From: Microgenomates group bacterium
GTDB lineage: Bacteria > Patescibacteriota > Microgenomatia > UBA10105 > UBA927
Direction of reading: 5' to 3'
DNA length: 64,000 nucleotides
Assembly (NCBI GenBank): GCA_049287205.1
Contig: JBAQFJ010000001.1
Location: forward strand, 511,041 to 575,040
Part shown: one piece after another, positions 1 to 10,237 of the stretch
How positions within the stretch are numbered: the stretch's first letter is position 1
Layout of the letters: every line of letters begins with the position of its first letter
Position numbers and translations under genes: made by a program
The notes under the pieces: generated by a model
What the model was told of the DNA's origin: nothing
The model's input: only the letters and a program-made list of their open reading frames with translations
Database searches by the model: none

Positions 1-144
1 GTTTGGCTGTGTCTGTATTGTCCACCGGAGGCCGGCAAACGCGTCTTTAAATGAGTCCTTATGTGTCCGTTGTTCGTTGATCATAGTACGTGTGTTGCTT
101 TTAAGTATACCCTTTTAGGTACAATTCATACAAGTTTCCTCTTC

Positions 145-786
145 TTATACATGGCCAATCTCATACAGCGTTGTGCTTTCCCCATGTCCGGGAAATACGA
201 TTGTTTTTTCATCCAATGCGCGTAACATTGCTACTGATTTCTGAAGCTCTGATGTACTGCTGTAGCTATGATTTGTATCACCGACGAGGCCTCCTGCAAA
301 AAGCGTGTCTCCTGTAAATACAACAGGAAACCCAACAATCTGAAGTGACACACTTCCCGGCGTATGCCCCGGTGTAAAGACTATTTGGATCATCTGACCA
401 CTTACCTGCGAGTCCTCATAAAACAATAGTGGCTTCGGCGGAATGTCATGGACTTCATACCCTAAAAAATGTTCCGCTGTTTTCTGCATGCGTTCAATCA
501 AAAACAGATCTTCTTTTTTCAGATATGTACCAATGCCAAAGGCCATACCCACCTCAAATGCGGCAAGAACATGGTCAAAATGCCCGTGTGTCAACAAAAT
601 TGCCTGAGGCGTTATATGAAGTCGTTGTACTGTCGTAGCGATATAGTCACCTTCATCACCCGGATCAATGATATATCCTATCTCTCCGAGAGCCACAATA
701 TAACAGTTTGTCTGTAATTGACCGACGGGAAGCGTATACACAACTATTTCCTGGTTGTCGTTATTTCGTATATGTTGCTTTATCAT
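145..786 (-). CDS. MBL-fold metallo-hydrolase (glyoxalase II / beta-lactamase-like)
   Basis: 213 aa; canonical metal-binding HxHxDH motif (LTHGHFDH) and downstream His/Asp ligands; last gene of the dcw run. Confidence 0.8.
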   Translation of the reverse strand: MIKQHIRNNDNQEIVVYTLPVGQLQTNCYIVALGEIGYIIDPGDEGDYIATTVQRLHITPQAILLTHGHFDHVLAAFEVGMAFGIGTYLKKEDLFLIERMQKTAEHFLGYEVHDIPPKPLLFYEDSQVSGQMIQIVFTPGHTPGSVSLQIVGFPVVFTGDTLFAGGLVGDTNHSYSSTSELQKSVAMLRALDEKTIVFPGHGESTTLYEIGHV

Positions 787-2152
787 ATAACGTGTTCGGA
801 TGCTGATAAAAAAACTTTCTCCTCACTTCCTGCCAATATGCCGATTGACGGCACAACAGATGGATATCTGTTTCATCACGCAATAAATCTTTTACAATTG
901 TTTCCAAAAATATGGTATTTTGTGAACCTTTTACCAAAATTACATCATTTGGTCGTAACAATGACGCTATCACCAAACCCACATCTTCAGAAGTTTCGTA
1001 CACCTTTATCTGTGCCGGATCAAATCCCACGCGGACAAGCTCCGGAACAGCGAATTGACGCATCAATGAACCGACACAAACAATCAGGTCAGCTGATTTT
1101 GCCGCCGCCTCAGCAATTTCCTTGTGCTTTTTTTCCGCAAGCGGCCCAAGCTCCCGCATGTCACCAAGCACTGCAATTCGTTTTCCTTTTTTTATCTCAA
1201 GCGATCGTAGAAACAAAAGAGCCGCTTTCATTGATTCCGGTGAAGCGTTATAACTTCCATCAATAATTGTTGTCTGTTTTTTCCCACGCAAAATAGAAAA
1301 CCTGCCCGGAGGCAACCGGGATATTTTTTCTATTGTTTTGATACTCTCTGCAACCGAAATAGAAAGTAGTGTTGTTGCTGCGATAACGGAAACAATAATT
1401 GACGCGCTTTCTGGAAAAACAACCATATGGGGAAATGCCATCTGATATGTTTTTTTGTCATGAACAAATGTAATTGATGATCCCTCATTCAACGCGGCAT
1501 GCACATCCAGTATTTGATAATGAGATGTTGTTTTGGTTCCGACAGTGATCAACGGCGCATGCAAAGCGTTCGCTTCCTTCATAATATACGATGAATCACC
1601 TTGAACAATTACATATCCATCTTTCCGCACTGCTTGCGCAAGCAGCATTTTTTCTTTTGCGATTCTCGAAAGAAGTATATCCTCATTTGTTTTTTCACTT
1701 TCTGATAATCCGTCAGAAAATTGTTCGGTATGTACAGCTGCAACAGACAATACCATCGCAATATCCGGATGCGGAATTACGGATAATAAATAAGACATAT
1801 TCTTCGGAGGATGCGGACTATCAATACCAAATTCAGCAATTAATACTTCATATGTATCCGTATCACCGAACAAACCAATAACTAACGCATGGAGCAGCAC
1901 TCGAATCCAAGTTATATATCGATAATCAGTAAGTTCTTCTCGAATTCCAAGGATTTCGAGCGGCAATCCGCTTTCACTGTTTCCTTTTTTTGTTGTCCGC
2001 GTTTTTCTGTTGGGTGAAATAACTCCATCAAGCAAGGTTAAACATGTAGATTTTCCCACACTTCCGGTAACCGCAATAACGAAAGGATGCAGTCTTTTCA
2101 GTTTTCTTTTCGCGGCCCACCTCAAAAGAAATAAAAAAATATTTTGTTTCAT
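761..2152 (-). CDS. murF: Mur ligase, MurF-like UDP-MurNAc-tripeptide--D-Ala-D-Ala ligase (N-terminal domain absent)
   Basis: P-loop TGSVGKST at residues ~28-35; C-terminal DGSYNASP and VLGDMRELG motifs typical of MurF; directly downstream of ddl. The GKT motif sits near the N-terminus, so the usual N-terminal domain is missing. Confidence 0.7.
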   Translation of the reverse strand: MKQNIFLFLLRWAAKRKLKRLHPFVIAVTGSVGKSTCLTLLDGVISPNRKTRTTKKGNSESGLPLEILGIREELTDYRYITWIRVLLHALVIGLFGDTDTYEVLIAEFGIDSPHPPKNMSYLLSVIPHPDIAMVLSVAAVHTEQFSDGLSESEKTNEDILLSRIAKEKMLLAQAVRKDGYVIVQGDSSYIMKEANALHAPLITVGTKTTSHYQILDVHAALNEGSSITFVHDKKTYQMAFPHMVVFPESASIIVSVIAATTLLSISVAESIKTIEKISRLPPGRFSILRGKKQTTIIDGSYNASPESMKAALLFLRSLEIKKGKRIAVLGDMRELGPLAEKKHKEIAEAAAKSADLIVCVGSLMRQFAVPELVRVGFDPAQIKVYETSEDVGLVIASLLRPNDVILVKGSQNTIFLETIVKDLLRDETDIHLLCRQSAYWQEVRRKFFYQHPNTLYDKATYTK

Positions 2153-3198
2153 GGCGTCATTTTTATAGATTGCTTAATTTTCCACGATTCCTGCGCAAGT
2201 CTGATCAGTTTTGTGCAAAGCTCTGTAAATGGCACACCTGTTGCCTCCCACAATTTTGGATACATACTGATTGCGGTAAATCCCGGCATTGTATTAATTT
2301 CATTCACATATATCACATTACCTGACACTAAAAAATCAACTCTTGCAAGACCGGCACAACCAAGGAGCGTATATGCTTGTACTGCTTGTTTGCGTATCTC
2401 ATTCTTAATATGCAAATCTAAATCATCTGGATCAATACGGGTTATTGTTTTACTCGTACTGCTATATTTTGATTCATAATCATAAAAGCCATGATCAACA
2501 ACGATCTCACCCACAACAGATGCTTCAGGCTGATCATTCCCGAGTACTGCAACTTCCAGTTCACGAAGAGGAGCAATACCCTGTTCGACAATAACTTCAT
2601 TATCAAACTGAAATGCATGAATCATTGCCTGCTTTAGCTCTTTGGTGTTTGAAACTTTTGAAATGCCGACGCTTGATCCTGTGCATATCGGCTTCACAAA
2701 AAAAGGAAAATGATTTTTTAAAGATGATGCGATACGACCTACAGTTTCATCATTATTCTTTTCCCACTCAAACCGTTTTACCGCAATCCACGGAGACACA
2801 CGCAAACCGTGATGTGCAAATAATTCTTTTTGCGTACCTTTATGCATGCCGAGCGCTGACGCACGAACACCGCAACCGACATACGGTATATTTGCTAATT
2901 CAAAAAAACCCTGAATTGTTCCGTCTTCGCCGTACGGGCCGTGCAATACCGGAAAAACAACGAGGGTCTGTTCAGTGATATTCGTATCATGCTGATCCGG
3001 AGACATAAGAAATTTTTGTCCGTCCGCCAATACATCTCCTGTCAGCGTCCCCCAAGCGCCATTCCGTTCTATCTCAATCATTGCAACTGAAAAACCCGCT
3101 TTTTTAAGGGCACTTTCAATATTTTTTGCCGAACGGAGAGAGACTTCATTTTCCGCAGACCGACCCCCTTTTATAATAAGAACATTCGGTTGTTTCAT
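2149..3198 (-). CDS. ddl: D-alanine--D-alanine ligase
   Basis: 349 aa ATP-grasp; N-terminus VLIIKGGRSAENEVSLRSA, EVAVLG, C-terminal ARVDF...NEINTMPGFT typical of Ddl. Confidence 0.9.
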   Translation of the reverse strand: MKQPNVLIIKGGRSAENEVSLRSAKNIESALKKAGFSVAMIEIERNGAWGTLTGDVLADGQKFLMSPDQHDTNITEQTLVVFPVLHGPYGEDGTIQGFFELANIPYVGCGVRASALGMHKGTQKELFAHHGLRVSPWIAVKRFEWEKNNDETVGRIASSLKNHFPFFVKPICTGSSVGISKVSNTKELKQAMIHAFQFDNEVIVEQGIAPLRELEVAVLGNDQPEASVVGEIVVDHGFYDYESKYSSTSKTITRIDPDDLDLHIKNEIRKQAVQAYTLLGCAGLARVDFLVSGNVIYVNEINTMPGFTAISMYPKLWEATGVPFTELCTKLIRLAQESWKIKQSIKMTP

Positions 3199-4505
3199 AA
3201 GGCTTTCCGAAAACCCTCTCTTGAAGTGGCGGCAATTTTTGTATTTTCTTTTACCACAAACCCCGTGTTTACCGGTCTCACAAATGATCCGGCGGGAATA
3301 TCTTGGGTAAGCACAATGCCAGCGGCGATAAACGAATCACTGCCGATTTTAATTCCCGGCATTGTGCTTGCTTGCACGCCGATACGTACGTTATCCCCAA
3401 TCATTGCGCCCAGTTTGGTTTTTCCGGTGTTTACTTTTTCTTCCTTAATAACGCTCTGAATTTCCCCATCATCAAGCCGCAAATTTGCAGCTACCGTCCC
3501 TGATCCCATGCTGACATTATTTCCGATCACACTGTCTCCGACATAATTCGTATGAAACCAACAATTATTTCCTATGACACTTCGGGTGATGTCGGAATTA
3601 AATCCCGTGACACAATCTTCGCCGATACTTGAAGATCTGATGATATTATTATTTCCGATAATTGTATTTTTGCCAATAAATACGGGACCGACAATCTTGG
3701 TCCCTTCAAAGATCCGAACGCCGGATTCAATCACAACAGATCCTTCAATAATGACGTTTTGTTTTATGACAGCGCTTGCATCAATTTGCTGACCCTCCAT
3801 TTGTGAAAGCAACCGATCCGCAACGGCGAGAATATGCCACGGATATTTTATCGGCTGCCAATTTTCCGTTTTTGTCACAACAGCTTTTGCCCCGATTGAC
3901 AGACATGCGTTTAGTGCTTCTTCATATCCGCTCCCCTCATTCTCGGCATGTTTTTTTGCACTCGCGATAAATGCTTGAACATCAGGAATATAATCAACAA
4001 GAATGCGAACGACATCACTTGGCTCTTCTCCCACTTTCGGTTTTTCAACAATTTTCTCTACATTGCCCGTCGGATTCATTTTTAGATAGCCGCCCGGAAA
4101 ATATGTTGGTGTTTGTATCGCACCAAGCAGAACATGTTTCCCGTCCGTCTCTTTTATCACTGCAGAAATACATATATCAGCATAATAATCAGATGCGTTT
4201 AGAAAAAGAGCTGATCCTTTGTCCCATACCTGTTCTAGTGCTATCACTGCCTGCACTTGTCCTTTTTTCTGTTGAACGACATACGATACGTGAAGATTTT
4301 TTGGTGTTTTGATTTCCCTGATGAGCGCGTCATTTGTTTGATTAGTCACAACGACAACCCGTTCTATGCCAACACGAAGCAGTTGTTCATAATGCCACAA
4401 TAAAAATGGTTTTCCTATGAAAGAAAATGTGCTTTTTTCAGCAAATGGCTCAAACCTTGTTGACTGCCCTCCTGCTAGGAGTACGGCTGTTATTGCGGAA
4501 TTCAT
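3195..4505 (-). CDS. Bifunctional sugar-1-phosphate nucleotidyltransferase / left-handed beta-helix acyltransferase (GlmU-like)
   Basis: N-terminal LLAGGQSTRF nucleotidyltransferase motif; C-terminal half made of hexapeptide repeats (IGxNxxIGxNxxI...); sits among mur genes. Confidence 0.5.
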   Translation of the reverse strand: MNSAITAVLLAGGQSTRFEPFAEKSTFSFIGKPFLLWHYEQLLRVGIERVVVVTNQTNDALIREIKTPKNLHVSYVVQQKKGQVQAVIALEQVWDKGSALFLNASDYYADICISAVIKETDGKHVLLGAIQTPTYFPGGYLKMNPTGNVEKIVEKPKVGEEPSDVVRILVDYIPDVQAFIASAKKHAENEGSGYEEALNACLSIGAKAVVTKTENWQPIKYPWHILAVADRLLSQMEGQQIDASAVIKQNVIIEGSVVIESGVRIFEGTKIVGPVFIGKNTIIGNNNIIRSSSIGEDCVTGFNSDITRSVIGNNCWFHTNYVGDSVIGNNVSMGSGTVAANLRLDDGEIQSVIKEEKVNTGKTKLGAMIGDNVRIGVQASTMPGIKIGSDSFIAAGIVLTQDIPAGSFVRPVNTGFVVKENTKIAATSREGFRKAL

Positions 4506-4519
4506 ACGACCTCCTTTTT

Positions 4520-5857
4520 TTAGACTGTGTCTTCTTCAATGCGCGTAATATTCGCACCAAGTGACTGTAATCGTGTGTCTATATGTTCATATCCACGGTC
4601 AATCTGCTCAACTCCATGAATATAACTTTTTCCGTCAGCGATAATTGCGGCAAGTACGACCGTCGCCCCCGCGCGCAAATCACTCATTGAGGTAATGGCA
4701 TTATGCAGTGGTGTCGGACCGATAATTTTGATCGCTTGATGTGTATCACCTGTTTTATCTTCCCAGTTGAAATTGTAAAAATCCTTTGGACTTTCAACAA
4801 CTGGATCAAAATAAACGATATCTGCACCCATCTTTTTTAATTCTTCAACATAACTGAATCGATTTTCGAAAACGGTTTCATGAATGGTAGAAATACCAGT
4901 TGCCTGCGTCATCAAAATTGCCCATGGTGCCTGCCAGTCCGTCATAAACCCAGGATGTTGTCCTGTCGTCACGTCGACTGCTACCAAAGGGCCGTCATAA
5001 AAATATTCTGTCGTTATATCATCAATTTCTTTATATTTCCCCCCTGCTTTTTCAAATAGACTCAAAAATGTTTTTAATTGTTTCCGCTCTGAATGATGGA
5101 CAGTAATACGACCTTTGGAAATAACAGCAGCTATCGCAAATGTCACCTCTTCATTTCGATCTGACATGATTGTATATTCCGTCCCATGCAATGCCTGCAC
5201 CCCGATAATTGTTATTTCGCGTGAATCAGTACGTTTAATATTTGCACCCATAGAATTTAACAGAGCAATAAGGTCATCAATTTCGACTTCCTCCGCGGCA
5301 TTATGAAGCACTGTTGTCCCATCAGCGAGGACTGCTGCAAGAATGAGTGTTTCCGTTCCGGTATGGGTATTTTTCTCAAATGTAATATCTGCCCCATGTA
5401 AATGTTTTGCTTCCGCATGAAAAAATCCATCTGTAGAATTATAATCAATCGTCGCACCCATGCTTTTTAATCCTTCAACATGCCTGTCTATCGGTCTGGC
5501 TCCGATTCTGCATCCGCCTGGATTTGGAATCATCGCACGCCCGTACCGGGAAAGCATCGGTCCCAATACCATCGATGACGTACGAAGCCGAGCACCGATT
5601 TCCAGTGGCACCGTTGTATTTCGCGATTTTCCATCTTCAATTTTGACCGTATTTCCTTCAAATGTCGCAACAGCGCCTAAACTTCTGACGACATCAAGCA
5701 TCAGCATCACGTCGCGTATATGCGGCATATTGTGTAAGACAACTGGTTCGTCAGTGAGAAGAGAGACAACGATTGCTTTCAGCGCGACATTTTTTGCTCC
5801 CGCACTCGTTACATCACCGCGTAGTACAGTGGGGCCGGTTATCACAAATTTATCCAT
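4520..5857 (-). CDS. murA: UDP-N-acetylglucosamine 1-carboxyvinyltransferase
   Basis: 445 aa; N-terminus FVITGPTVLRGDVTSAGAKNVALK; EPSP-synthase-like fold signatures throughout. Confidence 0.92.
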   Translation of the reverse strand: MDKFVITGPTVLRGDVTSAGAKNVALKAIVVSLLTDEPVVLHNMPHIRDVMLMLDVVRSLGAVATFEGNTVKIEDGKSRNTTVPLEIGARLRTSSMVLGPMLSRYGRAMIPNPGGCRIGARPIDRHVEGLKSMGATIDYNSTDGFFHAEAKHLHGADITFEKNTHTGTETLILAAVLADGTTVLHNAAEEVEIDDLIALLNSMGANIKRTDSREITIIGVQALHGTEYTIMSDRNEEVTFAIAAVISKGRITVHHSERKQLKTFLSLFEKAGGKYKEIDDITTEYFYDGPLVAVDVTTGQHPGFMTDWQAPWAILMTQATGISTIHETVFENRFSYVEELKKMGADIVYFDPVVESPKDFYNFNWEDKTGDTHQAIKIIGPTPLHNAITSMSDLRAGATVVLAAIIADGKSYIHGVEQIDRGYEHIDTRLQSLGANITRIEEDTV

Positions 5858-5858
5858 A

Positions 5859-6839
5859 TTAAAAATCTCCTATGCGTTGAATTTCTTCAACAAGTGTAAT
5901 ACCAAATTTTTCCTTCACTTTTTCCTTCATAGTTTCGATTAATTGTACCATATCAGTAGCTGTTGCCGAGCCCGTATTAACAACAAAATTTGCATGAATT
6001 TGTGAGACAGCTGCACCTCCAACCGTCATAGTCTTCCCTCCTGATTTATCAATTAAGTATCCCGTGGAAGTTGTATGATTCGGCGTTCCCGTGGCAACCG
6101 CTTCAACGAATGAGATATTTTTAAACACACATCCTGCCGTCTTAACCCCCTGCGGTTGTGAAACTCGCCGATATTCCATACTTTCGTTTGCTGTGCTCCA
6201 TAATGCTTCTTTCTCCGCCCGTTTTAATGCAAACAACACAGATAACACAATATCACCGGATTTTTGAATAAAGGAAGATCCATAGGCAAAACGAAAATAA
6301 TCATTTGTTACATTTTTTACCTCTCCCGCGGGCGTCAAAATTGTCGCCTGATATACCATATCCCCGATAAACGAGGGAGGCTTCATCCATTTGGAATTCA
6401 TGAATATCGCACCGCCCACAGAACCGGGGAGTCCCAGATGCATTTCAAGGCCAGCGAGCCCCTCTTCAATGGTATATCTGACAAGCGCGTTAAATGGAAC
6501 ACCGGACTCTGCTTCCACATAGACACTTCCATCGGCTATTCCTTTTGTTATTGCACCTTTCATCCCACGCACTGTAATGGCTTTTGTTGCGTTTCTGATA
6601 ACCAGTCCTCGAAATCCTTTGTCCCCGATAAGTATGTTTGATCCTCCGCCTAAGATAAAAAATGGTATAGCGAATTTTCTCGCCGTTGTAACTGCTGCAA
6701 CAATATGTTCAACAGAACGGGCTTCAATGAATAGATCAGCGGGTCCTCCCACTTTATATGTGCTATATGGCGCAAGCGGTTCCTGCTCTTTTACAGGAAT
6801 TCCTATTGTTTCGATAAATTTTTTATAGATATCAATCAT
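5859..6839 (-). CDS. murB: UDP-N-acetylenolpyruvoylglucosamine reductase
   Basis: FAD-binding STYKVGGPADLF...ILGGGSNILI motif. The ORF track extends to 7013, but the internal Met (MIDIYKK) at 6839 lies 4 nt after the murC stop, so that start is preferred. Confidence 0.85.
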   Translation of the reverse strand: MIDIYKKFIETIGIPVKEQEPLAPYSTYKVGGPADLFIEARSVEHIVAAVTTARKFAIPFFILGGGSNILIGDKGFRGLVIRNATKAITVRGMKGAITKGIADGSVYVEAESGVPFNALVRYTIEEGLAGLEMHLGLPGSVGGAIFMNSKWMKPPSFIGDMVYQATILTPAGEVKNVTNDYFRFAYGSSFIQKSGDIVLSVLFALKRAEKEALWSTANESMEYRRVSQPQGVKTAGCVFKNISFVEAVATGTPNHTTSTGYLIDKSGGKTMTVGGAAVSQIHANFVVNTGSATATDMVQLIETMKEKVKEKFGITLVEEIQRIGDF

Positions 6840-6843
6840 AGAC

Positions 6844-8253
6844 TTACAGTTTTTTAATACCGTGTACAATATCCTGCCCCCATTCGTAAATATCTCCTGC
6901 ACCCATAACGATAATAACAGCACCCGGCAAAACATTTTTTTCGATATACGCCAGCGTCCCTGCTTTATCTTTTGTGTAATGCACATTCTTGTGATATGTC
7001 GCTGTTTGCTCAACCAGTTTTTTTGTTGTAATTCCTAAGGTATCTGTTTCCCTTGCGGAGCCGAAAATATCCGTAAGAAGCACAACGTCGCTTGTTTCAA
7101 AACTTTTTGCAAAATCATCGAACAACGCTTTTGTCCTTGAATATGTATGCGGTTGGAATATTGTAATAATCGTTCTATTTGGAAACCACGCGCGGGCTGC
7201 GTTAAGCGACGCGGTAATTTCTTTTGGGTGGTGTGCATAATCATCGTACACAACAATGTTGTTTGCTTCTCCAATTTTCTCAAATCGTCTTTTCGTGCCA
7301 TAAAAAGCCGCAAGTCCTTTTTTAATATCTTCCCATGACAATCCATACGAAAGTGCACATACTGCAGCAGCTGTTGCGTTCAGCACGTTATGACGCCCTG
7401 GAACATGTAATATAAATTCACCAACATCCGTGCCATCCATAGAAAGCGTAAAAAAGGTTTGTTCTTCTCCAAATCCTACATGCGTAATCTGCGCATTTGC
7501 ACGTGGTGAAAATCCATACAATAACACATTCGGTGCATCAGTTAATACCGAACTTTCCTTATCATCTGCATTGAGAATCGTTATTTTTCTCCCTTGTTGT
7601 TGGGACGCAAGTGTCACAAACGCAGCCTGAACTTCTGCAAGTGAGCCGTATGCATCTGGATGATCATAATCAATATTTGTCACAACCAAAATATCGGGGT
7701 GTTGCCATAAAAATCTTGGCTTTGGATCATGATGCGGATCAGTAATATATTCATCTGCTTCTGCTATAAATACATTGCCAGGTCCGAAATGCCCTGAGGC
7801 ACCAAGTCCCTGTATGTCGCCACAGCCAATTGCATAGGAAGGGTCACGTCCTGCAACAGAAAAAATTGTTGCAATCATGGCGCTAGTCGTTGTTTTTCCG
7901 TGACTTCCCGCAACAGAAATTTGTTCATGACCTTGCATAAAAAATCCGAGCGCCTCCCCGTGAGACATGACGTTAATGTTGAGCTCCATTGCTGTTTTCA
8001 CTTCAACATTTTCTTTTCCGTTATGTGCACCGGTAAAAATAACCAAGTCAATATTCTTCGTTACGTGTTCTGAAGTAAATCCGTCAGTCACCGTAATACC
8101 GGCAAGTTGTAAAGAATGACGTGTAGGGAAAACACCGTTTACATCTGATCCTGTTACCGTTAACCCTCGCTCTTTTGCGTACACCGCAAGTGCGGTCATC
8201 GCTACCCCTGCGATACCAACAAAATGTACTGTATGAATGTCTTGTATCTCCAT
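6844..8253 (-). CDS. murC: UDP-N-acetylmuramate--L-alanine ligase
   Basis: VHFVGIAGVAMTALAVYAKERGLTVTGSD Rossmann N-domain, AGSHGKTTT P-loop, Mur ligase C-domain. Start placed at the Met (MEIQDIH) 1 nt after the pgeF stop; the longer ORF to 8355 is probably a 5' over-extension. Confidence 0.88.
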   Translation of the reverse strand: MEIQDIHTVHFVGIAGVAMTALAVYAKERGLTVTGSDVNGVFPTRHSLQLAGITVTDGFTSEHVTKNIDLVIFTGAHNGKENVEVKTAMELNINVMSHGEALGFFMQGHEQISVAGSHGKTTTSAMIATIFSVAGRDPSYAIGCGDIQGLGASGHFGPGNVFIAEADEYITDPHHDPKPRFLWQHPDILVVTNIDYDHPDAYGSLAEVQAAFVTLASQQQGRKITILNADDKESSVLTDAPNVLLYGFSPRANAQITHVGFGEEQTFFTLSMDGTDVGEFILHVPGRHNVLNATAAAVCALSYGLSWEDIKKGLAAFYGTKRRFEKIGEANNIVVYDDYAHHPKEITASLNAARAWFPNRTIITIFQPHTYSRTKALFDDFAKSFETSDVVLLTDIFGSARETDTLGITTKKLVEQTATYHKNVHYTKDKAGTLAYIEKNVLPGAVIIVMGAGDIYEWGQDIVHGIKKL

Positions 8254-8254
8254 A

Positions 8255-8995
8255 TTATTTATATCCGATAAATCCGAGTATTTCACCAAACGGTTCCGTT
8301 GTCCTTCTGTATGAAAAAAACTCAAGCGGGGTATCGTAGGTGCACAACTGATCATTCATTTCAATGTTTTTTTCGAGTACCCCTCCCCGTTTTAAATCCA
8401 TGATATTTGCAATTCCTAGATCTATAAACCATGATACACCCGAGCGGTTCACAATACCCCTGCCTCCAGGAAACTCCCGTTCAAACACCATTGCCCGATC
8501 CTCATCGACTTTATAACAACATGCATGAATATACGGCCCAATAACCACATGAATATGCACCGGATCCGAACCGTTTCTCACGAACTCCTGTAATACATTC
8601 CGCATAATATGATCTTTTGTTCCTTTCCATCCCGCATGTGCCACGCCGATAATTTTTGCAATCGGATCAATCAACATAATTGGTACACAATCACCAACGT
8701 GCACCACAAGCACTGGGTGTGTCACACTCGTATCTGATTTTTTGTATACAAATCCATCAACACCTTCAAAACGTTTCCCCGCGTCTTCCGGCGTCACAAC
8801 ACGGATATCCACACCATGCGTCTGATGCGCAGAAATAACAGACTCAGGATTAATTCCAAGCGTTAGAAAAAACTTTTGTTGATTCTCACTTTCCAACATA
8901 GATCCATGGATTTTTGCAGTGAATCCATGAATAACTCCGGGTATACGACTTATTATTGAGGACTGATACAGTCCATGATCGGTTTTATGCACCAT
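8255..8995 (-). CDS. pgeF: YfiH/PgeF family (DUF152) peptidoglycan-editing / purine-nucleoside phosphorylase-like protein
   Basis: Conserved AHQTHGVDIRVV, VGDCVPIML, GVAHAGWKGT and HACCYKV blocks characteristic of YfiH/PgeF. Confidence 0.75.
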   Translation of the reverse strand: MVHKTDHGLYQSSIISRIPGVIHGFTAKIHGSMLESENQQKFFLTLGINPESVISAHQTHGVDIRVVTPEDAGKRFEGVDGFVYKKSDTSVTHPVLVVHVGDCVPIMLIDPIAKIIGVAHAGWKGTKDHIMRNVLQEFVRNGSDPVHIHVVIGPYIHACCYKVDEDRAMVFEREFPGGRGIVNRSGVSWFIDLGIANIMDLKRGGVLEKNIEMNDQLCTYDTPLEFFSYRRTTEPFGEILGFIGYK

Positions 8996-9005
8996 AAAAA
9001 GAGGT

Positions 9006-10175
9006 TCACTTTTTCAAAAGTTTTTTCACTGCTTCCTGATCACTCCACGGATATTCTGTCACGCCGCGGCATAAACTTTTTTCGTGTCCTTTTCCTGTAA
9101 TAATGACTGTATCTTCTTTTTTCACGTCGGAAAGCGCAAATTGAATCGCGTCAAGTCGACTTGCAAACCGATGCACATCTTTGTACACAGGGATGCCAGA
9201 CGCAATTTCATCCATGATTGTTTCCACACTTTCTGTTCTGTAATCCTCTTCCGTTAAAATAATGGTGTCTGCATACTCGGCGGAAGCTTTACCCATATAC
9301 GGCCGTTTCGTTCGATCCCTAAGTCCTGCACTGCCAAACACATGAATAAGCCTGCCACTCGTCATATCCCGTGCAGTTTTTAAGGCCTTATCAATTGCAT
9401 TTGGCGTATGTGCAAAATCCACAATGACCCTGCACGGTTTCATTGTCATTATTTCCATACGGCCGGAAATTCCTGTAAACCCTTTGATCGCTTTTTTTAT
9501 TCCTTCTTTTGAAACACCGAGTAAACTGGTCGCAGCTATTGCAGCAAGACAGTTGTACTGATTAAAATCACCCGGCATGGACGTCTCAAAAGGATGCGTT
9601 TCAGGAGTTATCGTTGCCTGACGTCTGAGTCCATACGTCACTAATTTATGACGTCTGAGGAGCGGCGCAATGCGGGCATATAATTCCCCTTCATCTTTAT
9701 TAATTACTGCAATATCACTTGCAAACAGAAGTTTCATTTTTGCCATCAGATACCTGTCATATGTTTTGTGCCAATCCAGATGTTCATGCGTCACATTGGT
9801 GAGCACCCCAACGGCAAAATGAATGCCATATACACGGAATTGGGCAAGTGCGTGTGAGGTTGTTTCCAAAACAACATGTGTGTCTCCATGATCAACAGCC
9901 TCTCTGAGATATTTTTGCACAAAAAACGCATTTGGCGTTGTCACATGGAAGCCAGTATCGTAAGATTTTCCTGCAATAACAGCGTGAACCGTGGTGATAA
10001 CTGATGTTTTATACCCTGCAGCCTTCAAAATCTCAAAGATAAGGGTGCTTGTGGTGGTTTTCCCGTCCGTACCGGTCACTCCAATGACCGTAAGATGGCG
10101 CGCAGGGAACCTGAAGTAAAAAAGTGCGGCTACTGCGACAACCCAATGGTATAGGCTCTTCAGCCAAGAAATCAT
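9006..10175 (-). CDS. murE: Mur ligase, MurE-like (UDP-MurNAc-L-Ala-D-Glu--diamino acid ligase), N-terminal domain absent
   Basis: IGVTGTDGKTTTS P-loop at residue ~30; DFAHTPNAIDKAL and FGSAGLRDRTKRPYMG match the MurE signature (DYAHTPDAL, GGDRDKGKRP); only 389 aa. Confidence 0.7.
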   Translation of the reverse strand: MISWLKSLYHWVVAVAALFYFRFPARHLTVIGVTGTDGKTTTSTLIFEILKAAGYKTSVITTVHAVIAGKSYDTGFHVTTPNAFFVQKYLREAVDHGDTHVVLETTSHALAQFRVYGIHFAVGVLTNVTHEHLDWHKTYDRYLMAKMKLLFASDIAVINKDEGELYARIAPLLRRHKLVTYGLRRQATITPETHPFETSMPGDFNQYNCLAAIAATSLLGVSKEGIKKAIKGFTGISGRMEIMTMKPCRVIVDFAHTPNAIDKALKTARDMTSGRLIHVFGSAGLRDRTKRPYMGKASAEYADTIILTEEDYRTESVETIMDEIASGIPVYKDVHRFASRLDAIQFALSDVKKEDTVIITGKGHEKSLCRGVTEYPWSDQEAVKKLLKK

Positions 10176-10237
10176 GGACTCTATTATACCAAAAACAGGG
10201 ATAAAAAGGCTATTTTTGAAGCTAAATACGCCAAAAT

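Noticed and set aside
1-144. Non-coding, relatively GC-rich 144 nt downstream of the MBL hydrolase gene; checked for a tRNA, tmRNA or other structured RNA
   Set aside because: Only a short 4-bp CCGG-AGG-CCGG hairpin was found. There is no cloverleaf, no conserved T-loop/D-loop sequence and no T-tract terminator, so the evidence is insufficient to call any feature.
3195-4505. Considered calling this gene glmU outright
   Set aside because: The nucleotidyltransferase plus LbH architecture fits GlmU, but the same architecture occurs in other sugar-1-P nucleotidyltransferase/acyltransferase fusions. The N-terminal motif (LLAGGQSTRF) is not the exact GlmU consensus. It is kept as GlmU-like with reduced confidence and no gene symbol.
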